A stretch of 64,000 nt of DNA, taken from the NCBI GenBank assembly GCA_019828565.1, contig JAHDYR010000007.1, positions 231,600-295,599 of the forward strand. Reading direction: 5' to 3'. Source of the stretch: Carpediemonas membranifera BICM. Lineage: Eukaryota > Protista > Fornicata. Each line of letters starts with the position of its first letter. The first letter of the stretch is position 1. Below, piece after piece: positions 21,640 through 32,902 of this stretch. A program made the position numbers and the translations under genes. The notes under the pieces are model-generated. The model had not been told where the DNA came from. It did not search any database and was given only the letters and a program-made list of their open reading frames with translations.

Positions 21640-23900
21640 GCTCCCTAGCGCCACTTAACTTCGAGCACGAAGCTAGGTACACTAGGACATGATGTGGGGT
21701 ACGAGCACGAAGATCCCCGAGATCCAAGTCCTCGGATGGGCAGTAGGTTGCGTCGGAGTCACAGCTCTGAGGACTATCGGGACTATCTGGCGAATAGTAG
21801 CAGGATCCATCGTCAGTACTCGTCGACCCATCCAGTCCTTGGGCCCCGCTCCCTGCCACACCGAAGTGACGGGACCCCACTCCTGAAGGAGTTGCTCTGT
21901 GATCTGGGAGCTGTCCTCCACGGCAGGTATGCCACGAGAGAGACGATCGGCGGTGATGTTCGTCTCTCCTGGGGTATGCTCCGCCTTGATAACGAGATTT
22001 CTTGTCTTGGCGAGACACTCGAGCTCCTGAAGGAGCCTCATTGCCGCGCCTGGAGCCCGAGCGGAACCATGCTTGTTGATCCATCCTTTTGCAGAAGTAT
22101 TGTCTGTGAAGAGGGTCAAGACCCTGCAGGTGTCGGAAGGCGGAAGGTGCTCGACGGCTCTGACCAGGGCGTACAACTCTCGGACATTGATGGACTCGGC
22201 AGAGATGTCGGGTGGGAATGAGCCTTCCAAGAGCTTGTCCACTGGGGACCCATAGATGATAGCACCCCACCCCCAGTCGGAGGCGTCGGTTGCTACGCAC
22301 AGATCGAGGCTCCAAAAGAAAGAGGGCTGCGAATGGTCGAGTCGGTGAAGAGTCGAGCAGAGTGAGCCAGTCCTCCAACTCGCTTTGGGAATCGTCGTCC
22401 AGCTTGATGGCATGGCCGGGGTTGAAGGTTTGTAGCTTTCGCAGCTTCAGCATGGTGTTGAAGGTGTAAGCGAAGAACCCCAGACGACCGATGATGCTTG
22501 CCCAGTCCTTGGCAGTGACAACCTTCGTGGCTAAGGCATTGGTGATTATCTCTCGATACTTGACTGCCTTGTCCTCTGGGAGACTGTGTCGAGAATCACA
22601 CCGAGGTACTGCATTGACTGCACGGGAGTAAGGCAGGACTTTTCCAAGTTTGGGATGATGCCTAATAGCTGTAGTGTACGTATGATCTCGGGGCCGACTT
22701 GACTCAGGTGAGCAGCGCTGGCGTGGGCAAAGATGAAGTCGTCTAGGTAGACAGACACTTTGACGCTGAACCTTAGTGCTAAGATCCTTGCAGCCTGGAT
22801 CATGACGAGCTGGAAATAGTAAGGCGCGGCTGTCCAACCGAACGAGAGACCTGTGTAGTGGTAATCCTGGCCATTGGGTAGCACGACCCCCAGCAGCGGA
22901 GCATCGGATGGTCGAACACCGAGCTGGTGATAGCCGTCGCTTAGGTCGACCTTGATCATGTAGTCTCCATGCTCGAGCAGTCCAACTGCACGCCGCACTC
23001 CGAACAGGCGGAAGACCGAGCGGTTTCTGGTCTTGGCGTTGAGGCACCTGAGGTCGTGGATAACCCGAATGTCTTCCGGACCTTTTGGCACAGAGAACAA
23101 TGGCGCTGAGTGACAGAGCTGACCTATGGAGGACTTGACGAGAGCGCCGGATGCGAGCTGGAGCTTGATCTTGGCTAAGATCTTGCGATCGATGCGAGCT
23201 TGCGGACGTGGAGGAGGTGGCTTGCCAGTGAGATGTATCGGCACGCCGTGACGGAGGAGAGCAACAACCTCTGCAGAGGCCTTGAAACTTTTCCAGACAT
23301 ACCACCTTGCGTTCATAGATGGGAGCCTGTGAGTTACTGGTTGAGACGACGGCGCTCTCTCTGGCCCCCACGCTGGTAGTTTGGGCGGCGCATAGTACCC
23401 TTGACCTTGGCTTTTGCGACCAGGCGATCGACTGAGGCACGGCTCTTGGGCGGTGAGGAGTTGAAGAGGTTCTTACAACGCTCGGCTGTGGCGTCATCCC
23501 AAGAGTCCTTGAGCTGTAGGAGCTGTTGGCGCGCATAGATCTTGATTCGTATGGCTGGTATTGAGGACAAACGGCCAGCAACGAGGTCTCTTTCGAGCGT
23601 ATATAGCCAGCGAGCCTCATCGCGGAGACCGAAGCGTGACGGGAGGCTTGTGAGAGCTTCGAATGGGTTGAAGAAGTCGATGTCGTCTTCAAGGTGGTCG
23701 TTGTCCTGAGATTGGGGTTCCTCTTCGCTCTCTTGCGGGTTGTCGTCTTCTTCGCCTTCGTCGCAGGCGATCTGGCCGTTGAGGCGATCAGTAAGTGCCT
23801 GCACTTGTTCTTGGAGTGTCTTGAGTGCTTCTGGAGTGACCGCGGCTGCATCTGCCTGCGGATCACTCATTCTCTCTACTCTGCAATAGTCCTGATTTGT
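21640..23900 (-). mobile_element. DIRS-like retrotransposon, family d, 3'-truncated (no YR)
   Basis: gag 23334-23870 (RDEARWL), RT 22546-23316, RH 21682-22413 (TDASDWGWG, ADRLSRG), frameshifted. Confidence 0.85.
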
Positions 23901-24154
23901 CTGAGATCTAAATTCCGAATCACCCTGACCATATCAAATCCAATCAACTCGCCACGCCTAGGTGGCACTGGAAGACCAATGTGGTCCCCAACTCATACTC
24001 TCAAAGGGGAACACCGTCCGCAGATCTGAGGTAAGTAGAGTAATTACAGTAGCGTATGGCGGCTCCATGCCTGCCTCAAGTGCCAGCAGCTCCTTGCTGC
24101 TTTCGGCTGGACCGGGCGTCTCCTTGACGGCCTCCGGTGCGATGGTTTATGGTG

Positions 24155-24588
24155 TTAGAATGGGAACAGGGTGTTTGCAGTTTGTCGGGTTTGACGAGGG
24201 TGGTTGCGGATAGCCTCCCCGATGTAAGGCCGGAGAGAGTTGCCGTTAGCCCAGGTTCCGAGTTGGAGTAAGGTCTCTATCGGTGTGCCTGCTAGTGCCA
24301 GTTCAGAAGCCGCTCCCTTGCGGAAGCTGTGTAGGCCAATCCTGTTGTCGTGGAAGACTGTGCGTAGCTCCTCTCGCATACGTCGCATTGTGCACGGGGT
24401 CTTACGGCTGACCTTCGATGAGGATGTGATCGCGCGCCAGATGCAGGCGTCCGGTGGAAGGTTCAAGCCTCGTACCCATCTCTTCAGGGCCAGCGCTGGG
24501 TTGAATGGGCCTAGTAGGGTGTTGGGGTAGTGACTTAGTGACCTTTGCAAGCGTCTTTGTGCGACCAAGGAGCAGCTGGGCGTCCCCG
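24155..24588 (-). pseudogene. DIRS-a copy 2: YR C-terminal part (continues beyond Gypsy C at 39220)
   Basis: 24520-24588 matches 3474-3542; HSFRKG, GTW, PY. Confidence 0.88.
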
Positions 24589-24690
24589 TGTTGGTTCATC
24601 AATAGATTATTTAATAGTCTTGAGTCGTCCAGCTCGACACATGGGTGTCGAGCTCTATTCTTTGTAAAGCTTTGTTCTCACGAACCCACA
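24589..24690 (+). repeat. Gypsy C 5' LTR
   Basis: Direct repeat of 39118-39219. Confidence 0.95.
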
Positions 24691-24705
24691 GTAACGTTAC
24701 TTACA

Positions 24706-27700
24706 ATGACTGAGGACAAGGGTCCGTTATGTACTCAACCAGAGATTAATGCTCTGCTTTCGTTTAAGGAGAAACTCGATCGCCATGTCCGAACGGGCGG
24801 AAAACGCCGACTTATCAAGCGTTTGGGTCCGGCTGTCACCTCATACTGTGCAGCAGTTGGTGTAGACGTAGCCAAGACGTACAAGAGCGCGAAGCACAAC
24901 ACAGTGACGGGCGAGAAGCGTAAGAAACATGAGAGAGAGGACCTCGTTTTTCAGAGCGATTGCTAACGCAATTAAGCCCACTGATCCGATCCTAGAGCGC
25001 CGTCTTTTCCAGCTAACGACCCAGGGTATTGACGTGGGACGTCTCTCACTCTATGCCGACAGATTCATCAGCCGCAAGGCCGTCTTGGCTCCCTCTTTCT
25101 CCGACGCCGTGATGCGCAGCATGTTCGTGAAGGGAATCCAGGACGAGGACCTCCGTAGGGAGGTCAAGGAGGCGGCTACAGGGCTTGACCTTAACAGCAC
25201 CATCCAGGTCGCTCTCCAGACGTGCAAGCGTCTCCAAGAGGCTGCGATGATTACTTCCAGGACCATCAAGTCCGATTCTCAGCCTCGAAACCGCCCTCCT
25301 AAGGACCAGCGCGCAAGCCATTCTCGAGGTCTGCGCCGACAGGGCGGCCCGCCTCACCCGGGTGAGCACCAGTCTCATGGCAAGCACCAGTACCGGGGAG
25401 CCCAGTCTGAAATGCAGAGAAGTCAGCAGACCGGCTCAAGCACCGATCATCAGAGCACCAGCCGTACCATCGTGTGCTACAACTGCGGCAAGTCCGGTCA
25501 CACATCGCGCCAGTGTCGGAACCCGAAGACTGTCTGCAGCAAGTGCGGTAAGCAGGGACATCAAGACAAGTTCTGTCGGGGTACTTCAGTAAACCCCCAG
25601 GCTTGTTCATCCTTTTCTCGTGCACCCGCTCATGTCCTGACATCGTTGAGTCAGACACACAGCAACGCGCTCCCGATAGTAACAGCAGAGGTTCCGGTCG
25701 GTAATGATCACAGTGTGCAATGGGAGCGTGTACTTTTCGACTGCGGGGCGGATATTTGCTTGGTGAACCCCCAGTCGGCAACCGCTGCTGAACTTATTCC
25801 GACGAAGCTCAGTCAACCTATCGTCATCAAGACTCCAGGGGGATCTATTGAGTCCGACGTTTGCTATGAGATTCCCCTTCTCATGCATAAGTCACCTTTC
25901 ACTCCAAAGGCACTGTCGACTACTGTCGCCGCATACGGAGTTGAATGCATCTACGACCTTCTATTGTCGTACCCAACGATGGTTGAGTGGGGCATACTGC
26001 CCAGTGTCGCGGAATCTCAAGCGAGCCGGGACTCTGACGATATGGAACCGTCCGTCCCCCCAATGGACGCGATGCAGTCCTACATTATTCAACAGATTTT
26101 ACAGCGATGCATGCGCGAATCATCGCCAAGTTCAGCCGTTGCTTCGAGGAGCGTGAGGGGTTTTCTGCCTTAGAGCCTTATGACCTGATCTTGAAGGAGG
26201 ACCGAGTAGTAGCGTCCAGGTCAAATTACATCCCTCACCAGAAGCAGGGTCTGTTTGATGAGCACGTCCGGGAGCTGTTAGCCAAGAAGTATATTGAGGC
26301 GAGTTTCTCTCCGTACTCGTCTCCAGCTCTCCTCGTCCCGAAGGGCCGAGACAGAACTCGTATGGTTGTCGATTTCAGAAGGATCAACGACCTTACTGAG
26401 CCGTTTGATTACCCGATCCCAGAGGTTCAAGCGTGCCTCGCACGGTTGGCAGGAGCTAAGATCTTCGCCACGATTGACCTTTCGAAGGGTTATCATCAAG
26501 TCAAGTTGTCCGAAAGGTCGAGACAATACACTGCGTTCCAGACCCCACGAGGCAAGTTCCAGTATACGGGCATGCCGTTTGGATTGAAAAACGCTGGGGC
26601 GCATTTCCAGTTTGCAATTGAACGGGGATTCCACGATCTACTTGGTACCGCGTGTATCATATATATTGACGACATTATAATTTTCGGCCGCACAGAGCAA
26701 GAGTACTTGTCCAACTTGAACAAGGTGTTGGCGAGGGCCGAAGAGTTGAAACTCAGCCTCAACAAGGAGAAGTCACACTTTGGACTCGCAGAAGTCGAGT
26801 TCTTAGGCTGGGTGGTGTCGGGTACAGGATTTAGAATTGCGCCAGACCGCATTCGGGATGTTGAGACGCTGCGTGTCCCGAAGACGAAGAAGGCCGCTCA
26901 AGCCCTAATGGGATTCTTGAACTTCATGAGAGATTTTGTGCCAGGTTTTTCGAGGATCGTGCACCCTTTAGCTCAAGCCGCGTGTGGCAAGGCACCTCCC
27001 GACGGCAGCGATCAGGTCGAGGCTTTGGCGCAGGTCAAAGATCTGCTGTGACAGGCTCCCGCCCTCGAACACTTCGATGTTACCCGTGAGCACGTCGTCA
27101 TGACTGACGCGTCAGACCTTGGAATTGGCGGAGTGTTGCTACAAGACGGTAAGCCGGTGTCATACATGTCCAAGTCTTTCAACGATGTACAGACGAGATG
27201 GAGCACAATTGAACAGGAGGCGTATGCAATCGTTTCCGCGTTGCAGAGGTGGCGCAGGTTCTTGTGTTGGACACCATTCACATTGCTGACTGACCATCGC
27301 AATCTTGTGTTTATGTCGCGTTCTTCCAACTCCAAGGTTCAACGGTGGTACGAATCAATATCTGATCTTGATTTCACGATCAAACATGTGGCCGGAGTGG
27401 ATAACAGTGCAGCCGATGGTCTCAGTCGCGTGTTTGCGGCATCGGCAGATCGGTTGCCAGTGGCGTCTGAGACGGAGATAGCTGAGGCACACAGACACGG
27501 GCAAGCTCACCTGCCACTGCATACCACGATACAATTCTTGAGGACACATGGCAAGAGGGCGCCCGTGGATCAGGTGGCGAGGGTGATCGACAGATGTCCG
27601 GTATGTCAACTCACAGCAAAACCAGCTGAAGCCGCCAGGGCATACTTACATACAGCCGGACTCAGGCCGTTCATGAAGGTAGCAATGGACACTATCGGTC

Positions 27701-28642
27701 CGTTGCCCGAGTCGCTCGGATACAAGTTCATTTTAGTAGTAGTCGATATGGCTTCGAGGTGGACCGAGCTCATTCCGCTGAAGACAACGAGAGCCGACGA
27801 AGCTGTCAGAGCATTTGCTGACCAGTGGATACTCAGGTATGGAGTCCCTCGAGTCCTCCAAACAGACGGAGGCAAGCAGTTTGTCAACAAGCTGTTCAAG
27901 GACTTGTCCGTCCGAGTTGGCTTTTTCAATCCATACAACCACTCCATATCATCCACAGTCAAATGGAGTGGTCGAACGAGCGAACAGCAGAGTCGAGCGT
28001 ATTCTGAGGGCGCGGCAGTACGAGCTGAGGTCGGAGCTGTGGTCGGAGTCGTTGCCAGTTGCACAGTACATTGTCAACGCGACACCACACTCAGCAACGC
28101 GTTTAACCCCAGCAGAGGTGATTTTTGGTAGTGATCTGCGCGTACCGGCCGACATGCTAATCGTCAAAGAACTGGGTGAGAAGGCGGTCAGCCAACCAGC
28201 GAGCAACGTAGCTGCTGCCAAACTCGCTCGAGAGCTCGCTGAAGCACGTATTAAGGCAATGCACGCTGACGCTCTCAGCAAGCTGCCCCCTCCTGAACCA
28301 ATTACGTCTGAGTTTGTATTGGTCAAATACCCGAATGGGCCACCATCAAAGTTGGCTGCAGGGTGGCGAGGCCCCATGCAACTGATCCAGCCTATCATGA
28401 GGAATGACTTTCCTGTTGGTTACTGGGTTAGAGATGTCAATACGAGGACCGAATTCCAGGTCGCGTCCGAGAGGGTCAGACCATTTTCAGGCGAACTGTC
28501 CATGCAACATGCCCAAGAGCTAGCAGCAATGACGATCGGCGAGTATGTCGTGGAGTCGATATACGAAGCAACGCATGAGCGCAGACTCAGCGATCGGCAG
28601 TTCCACGTCCGATGGGCAGGGTACGAGCCTTCGGAAGATACG
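24706..28642 (+). pseudogene. Gypsy C gag-pol (2x CCHC, PR, RT, RH, IN, chromodomain); last codons at 37140-37205
   Basis: CYNCGKSGH, FDCGA, IDLSKGY, YIDD, TDAS, MDTIG, TDGG, SNGVVER; VRWAGYEPSEDT rejoins WEPYQNV across LINE 2. Confidence 0.9.
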
Positions 28643-29207
28643 CAAGTCCACCAATGTTTTCAGCTAAGTGTTCTCACTTACAACAGGGGTGGATGAAGAC
28701 CAACAGGCCTGTACTAGAATAGATAGAACAGTGCCCCATCGAGCTCAAAAGGAGCGACTATGGCCCCTGTCCAACGAACCAGAAGGTTACATTCAGGGTG
28801 CACCGCCGGTTATGAGTGGGAGCTCCATAGCCACAGGGACTAGAGAACGAACAATATGGAGCTTAGATTTACAGGGAAAGAGACGGAGAGCGCAGGGAAG
28901 GATGTCGGAGCATCGATGGAATGGAATTTTCGCCAGCTCAGAGGGAAGGAAGGATCACCGGCGAACAACAGCAGGGGGCCCAGATAGAGGCCGCGAACAC
29001 ACTACGAATGGCGTAACAACGGCCAAAATCCAGGGACGGTGTGGCATGAAAATGGCGATGCATTTTTAGAACCGCGCCATTTCGCCGCGAGCCCCAAAAC
29101 AAACGATCAGGGAAAAATGAGAAAACAGGGAGGTCCGTGCGGGGACAGTACCTGCGCAGGGCCATGCTGACCGATTTTCGCGTCGATGCATTTGCCAAGC
29201 TTTTTTC

Positions 29208-32200
29208 ATGCAGGGAAAAGAGAACAACCAGATGAGAGTGGAGATACCAGATAAGATCAGGGAATCCGCTCAAAAAGAGTGGGACACGATTAGAGAGCTA
29301 CTAACGGACTACTTGATGGAAGAGAAGGGCACCAGAACGCTACTACTGCGTCGCGCAGAAGATTTTTCAGGGAGATCGTTCGGAGCTAGCTCCAGAGCAC
29401 GAAAAGAGGTGATACTGAATGCGAGGAGAGTGCTACGTGCCGCAGGGATCACCAACAACAGAGACGAGATCCTCCGTAACCCCAACGGAATCCTAGGGCT
29501 TCGAGACATCTTCTACGCAATGACAGAGGCCTTAGACCCGAGAGAGGACGAAGAACGGCGCCTAGCAGAGGCCAAGGAGAACGTCACCATCCAACCAGGG
29601 CACAGGGACATGAGCAAGTGGCCTTCCGACCACAAGATCGAAGAGGCCATCCTCCAACCGAGAGAACAGAGCAACATCGAGTGGGACAGTGAGAGAGACA
29701 GCATTGAGGGCAGAGAGACGGGCACATTCACGCTCACATCAGGGTATGGAGATGAGAAAGCCGTCGAGGCCATCGCAGGAGAGGAGGTGTGGGACCCCAC
29801 TAACCAGGGCCTGGTCACCAGGATCGCTATGGAGCAGGACGATGGCACCTACAAGGTCCTCATCGACATCAGAGATTGCAGAGCATGGCAGATCACCAGA
29901 TTCATGGAGGAAGGCAGGGACATCCTCAGGTTGCAGGCCCCGGAGGCGCCGGCGGTCTGGCAGGCAGCTTGGTGCAAGACAGGAGTCAACACGGAGGGCA
30001 GAGGCGCAATAAGGGCACAAGGACAGGAGACGCCGCTCAGCAACAAGCTCGTCTTCTCTGACGTCAGGGCCAGGGTGATCAATGCCACCAGCCGCCGCCA
30101 AAAGAGGGACAGGGAAGAAGAGTCAGACAACGAGAGCGGCGCACAGACCAGCCAAGAGGAAGACCCCAAACCCAAGGTCGTGTTGACACAAGCGGAAGGA
30201 GTGAGCGCCAGAAGGGGCCTTGGAGCCGAGCTTGATCAGCAGGAAGAAGAGAGCATACCCCGAGCATCAGAGGGAAGTGCATCAGCAGGGAGCCTACCGG
30301 AGGCATTGCAGAGTCAGGGTCAGAAGAAGCTCATCCTCGGTTCTATCGACTTCGAGTGTGGAGATCCTGGGAGTGAGAGGGCAGGGATCAGTGCGGTGCC
30401 GACAGAGGGGGGCTCGTGCTAGTGGACGTCGAGACGGGGGAGGTCGTTGGCCATGGCCACGGCCTCTTCTATGAGCCCAACCTGCCGGCCAACAAGGTGG
30501 ACCAGAGCAGATACGCGACGTGGGCAGTGACGGGGATTCCCCCAGCGACGTTCGTGGAAGTGGACACAGGGGAGGTGCCGATGGACTATCAGCAGCACTT
30601 CAGCAGATTTAGAGAGTGGGCCACGCGGCTCGCAGCCAAGCTGAGAGACAGAGAGACCAGGGAGAACTGGAAGCTAGTCCTTCATGCCAAGGGCGTCCAC
30701 ATGGAGAAGTTCCTCCCTGACGAACGAGGTCAACGGGCTCAACAGGGACACCAGGGACTTCTTTAGAATGAGGCTGGTGGACGATAGCGAGCTGGCCGAC
30801 GCCATCGAGGAGCTCGCCCCGGATAAGGCAAGAGAGTACAGGGCAAACTACGAGATCAAGAACTACAGGGAGATGGCAGATATATGGGCCAGCCAATGGC
30901 AGCGCAGGGAGCTCCCGAAGGGGGCCTGTCCGTACCACAGGCACACTGCAGGGTGCTACCATTGTGCGCTGGCAGATGCAACGTTGTTCGCGGCGAAGGT
31001 GTGGGGCATGATGCTGAAGAAGATGAGCACGCCGGATCTGGAGAGTGCGATGGGTAACGCTTTCAACAGCATGCATGACACGGTCAGGGACGCAGGGATC
31101 AGAGACGACCTCTGCGGAGGCAACGGAGTAGCGTACAGGCGTGAGACCTTCAACATCTTCGGAGGGCACCCGTACGGCAACAGCAGGGACCTAAGCAGGG
31201 AAGAGGGCGACCGCATCCTAGTGGTCCCGGACAACGATCACTGCTATGGGATCGGCTTCGGATTCAGCGAGGTCATTAAGGGTATGAAGGGCATCTATTG
31301 GCCCCAACCACGGTCATGGAGAGAGGAGTCATCACGAGAGTCCCCATATGGTCGATCCATGAGAACACGACCCACATTCAGAGACTGATGTTGCAGGGAA
31401 GAGCTGGCAGGGCAGTTACTAGGGACGAGGACATCGTCACCATCGCGATGGTCTACAGCTGGTGGCCCTCAAGGGAGGATACTGCTCATCAGGGTCAGCC
31501 GGGAGTCCACGACCTGGCAGAGAGCGTCAGACGCGAGGAGAAAGCCATAGCGAACGTCAGGGCACCCCCAGGGTATAGCGCAACCATCAGAGCGGCCTTC
31601 ATCCCGAGAGACTGGGGCTGTATCAGGGTCAGAGAGGCAGGGACGACACTGGGACGGATGAAGAAGGTGGGGACCCGTATGGTGTCCACGACCATCCCGC
31701 CAGAGGATAACTGCAAGATCACCCAGAGGCCGACGGTTAAGTACATCCCGTCAAGAGATGGAAAGGAGGAGAGACCCTACACGGTCGATTACTCAGACAT
31801 GGGCATAGAGGGATCTATCAGACGGCTCACCGAGATGATTGGCACGCCGGTCGGGCCAGTAGGCCGAGATGACCTCTATACCAACAACCGCCGAGCCGAC
31901 GGAACCCTCAGAGACGAGAGAGAGCCCAGAAACAACGGCGTCCATCGGTGCGACAGAGAGCGCAGGGACGTCAGGCCTCATCATGAGGACAGAGAGCGCA
32001 GGGACGACGGGCCTCGCCGCGAGGTCAGAGGACGCTGGGAAGACGGGCCTCACCATGAGGACAGAGAGCGCAGGGACGATCAGGGCAGAGACTCCGGAGA
32101 GAGCAGACGCCGCTCACCCCCTCATGGGACCGGCAAGAGGAGTGGCAAGGACAGGGCGGTGAGCTACACAGGGGCTGGAAAGAGGGGCAAGCTCGACGGC

Positions 32201-32584
32201 GACGCCCGTTACGAGGCTGGAAGCAGACAGTCGAGTGACAGCGACGCGGAGAGGGACGAACTCAGGAAGGAACTTGATGAAGCCAAGAAGCTGATTCTCG
32301 CACTCAGGGCCAGGGACAGCAGGGGAGGAGGAGCAGGCGACGCCAACCCCAGCACCGGCTGACACCCAGGGAAACCAGGGTACCGGCAAGGAGCACAGGG
32401 TAGTCCGCCACAAGAAGAGGACTCGGACAAAGAGGTCTCGCAAGCCGAGACAGCTAAACCAGATGGAGCTAGTGGCCCAGATCGTGTCAACGGTGATGAA
32501 GACCATGCAGCAACAACAGGGGATGGCAACCGAGAACCAGAGCGATGATGGCAGTGACAGTGGCAACTCAACGGAGACCGATTA
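29208..32584 (+). pseudogene. LINE 2 ORF1 (~1100 aa when frameshifts are joined) with a Maelstrom-like DEDDh/Zn nuclease domain, R/D/E-rich repeats and a short coiled coil
   Basis: ORFs 29208-30422, 30416-30766, 30684-31388, 31298-32362 and a final frame ending TAA at 32584; motifs IDFE, PTEG, TGIP, AKG..ME, CPYH....HCALAD. Confidence 0.75.
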
Positions 32585-32649
32585 AGCAGGGTAAAGTGGT
32601 ATTCTTTGAGAGTGATAGTGACAGTTGTGAGTTCTTTTCTTTTAATCCA

Positions 32650-32750
32650 ACCCTGGCTCCCACCCAGGGTCCGGCATTAGCTGAAATGCACTGCCGGTGG
32701 GCTGTGGCGGCAGCCAAAGGGGGGTCACGCCAATGCGCCCCCTCCTAAGT
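32650..32750 (+). ncRNA. Conserved structured RNA element in the LINE 2 inter-ORF region
   Basis: Aligns with 50563-50666 (minus strand) with compensatory base changes in two stems. Confidence 0.7.
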
Positions 32751-32902
32751 ATCCCTGCCCGAAGGTAAGGATGGTCACCAGGGTAACCCATAGTTGGCCC
32801 GCCATGGGTAACCGGAGCCGGCACGAAGGCCCCGTGACGGGACAAGGGCAGATTGCAGGGAATTTCCGAAAATTCGCAGGATAGGAAAGACGGAGTACAA
32901 GA

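Noticed and set aside
24028-24038. TACTTACCT on the minus strand resembling the U1 snRNA 5' end (GAG/GTAAGT on plus)
   Set aside because: No U1 stem-loop I/II loop sequences or Sm site follow, and the nearest AG gives only a 19-nt intron.
31950-32080. Repeated GACAGAGAGCGCAGGGACG units
   Set aside because: Coding low-complexity R/D/E repeats within LINE 2 ORF1.
32650-32750. HDV-like ribozyme assignment for the conserved structure (CTCCCAC loop resembles L3)
   Set aside because: No upstream P1/P2 strands to form the nested double pseudoknot; kept as an unclassified structure.
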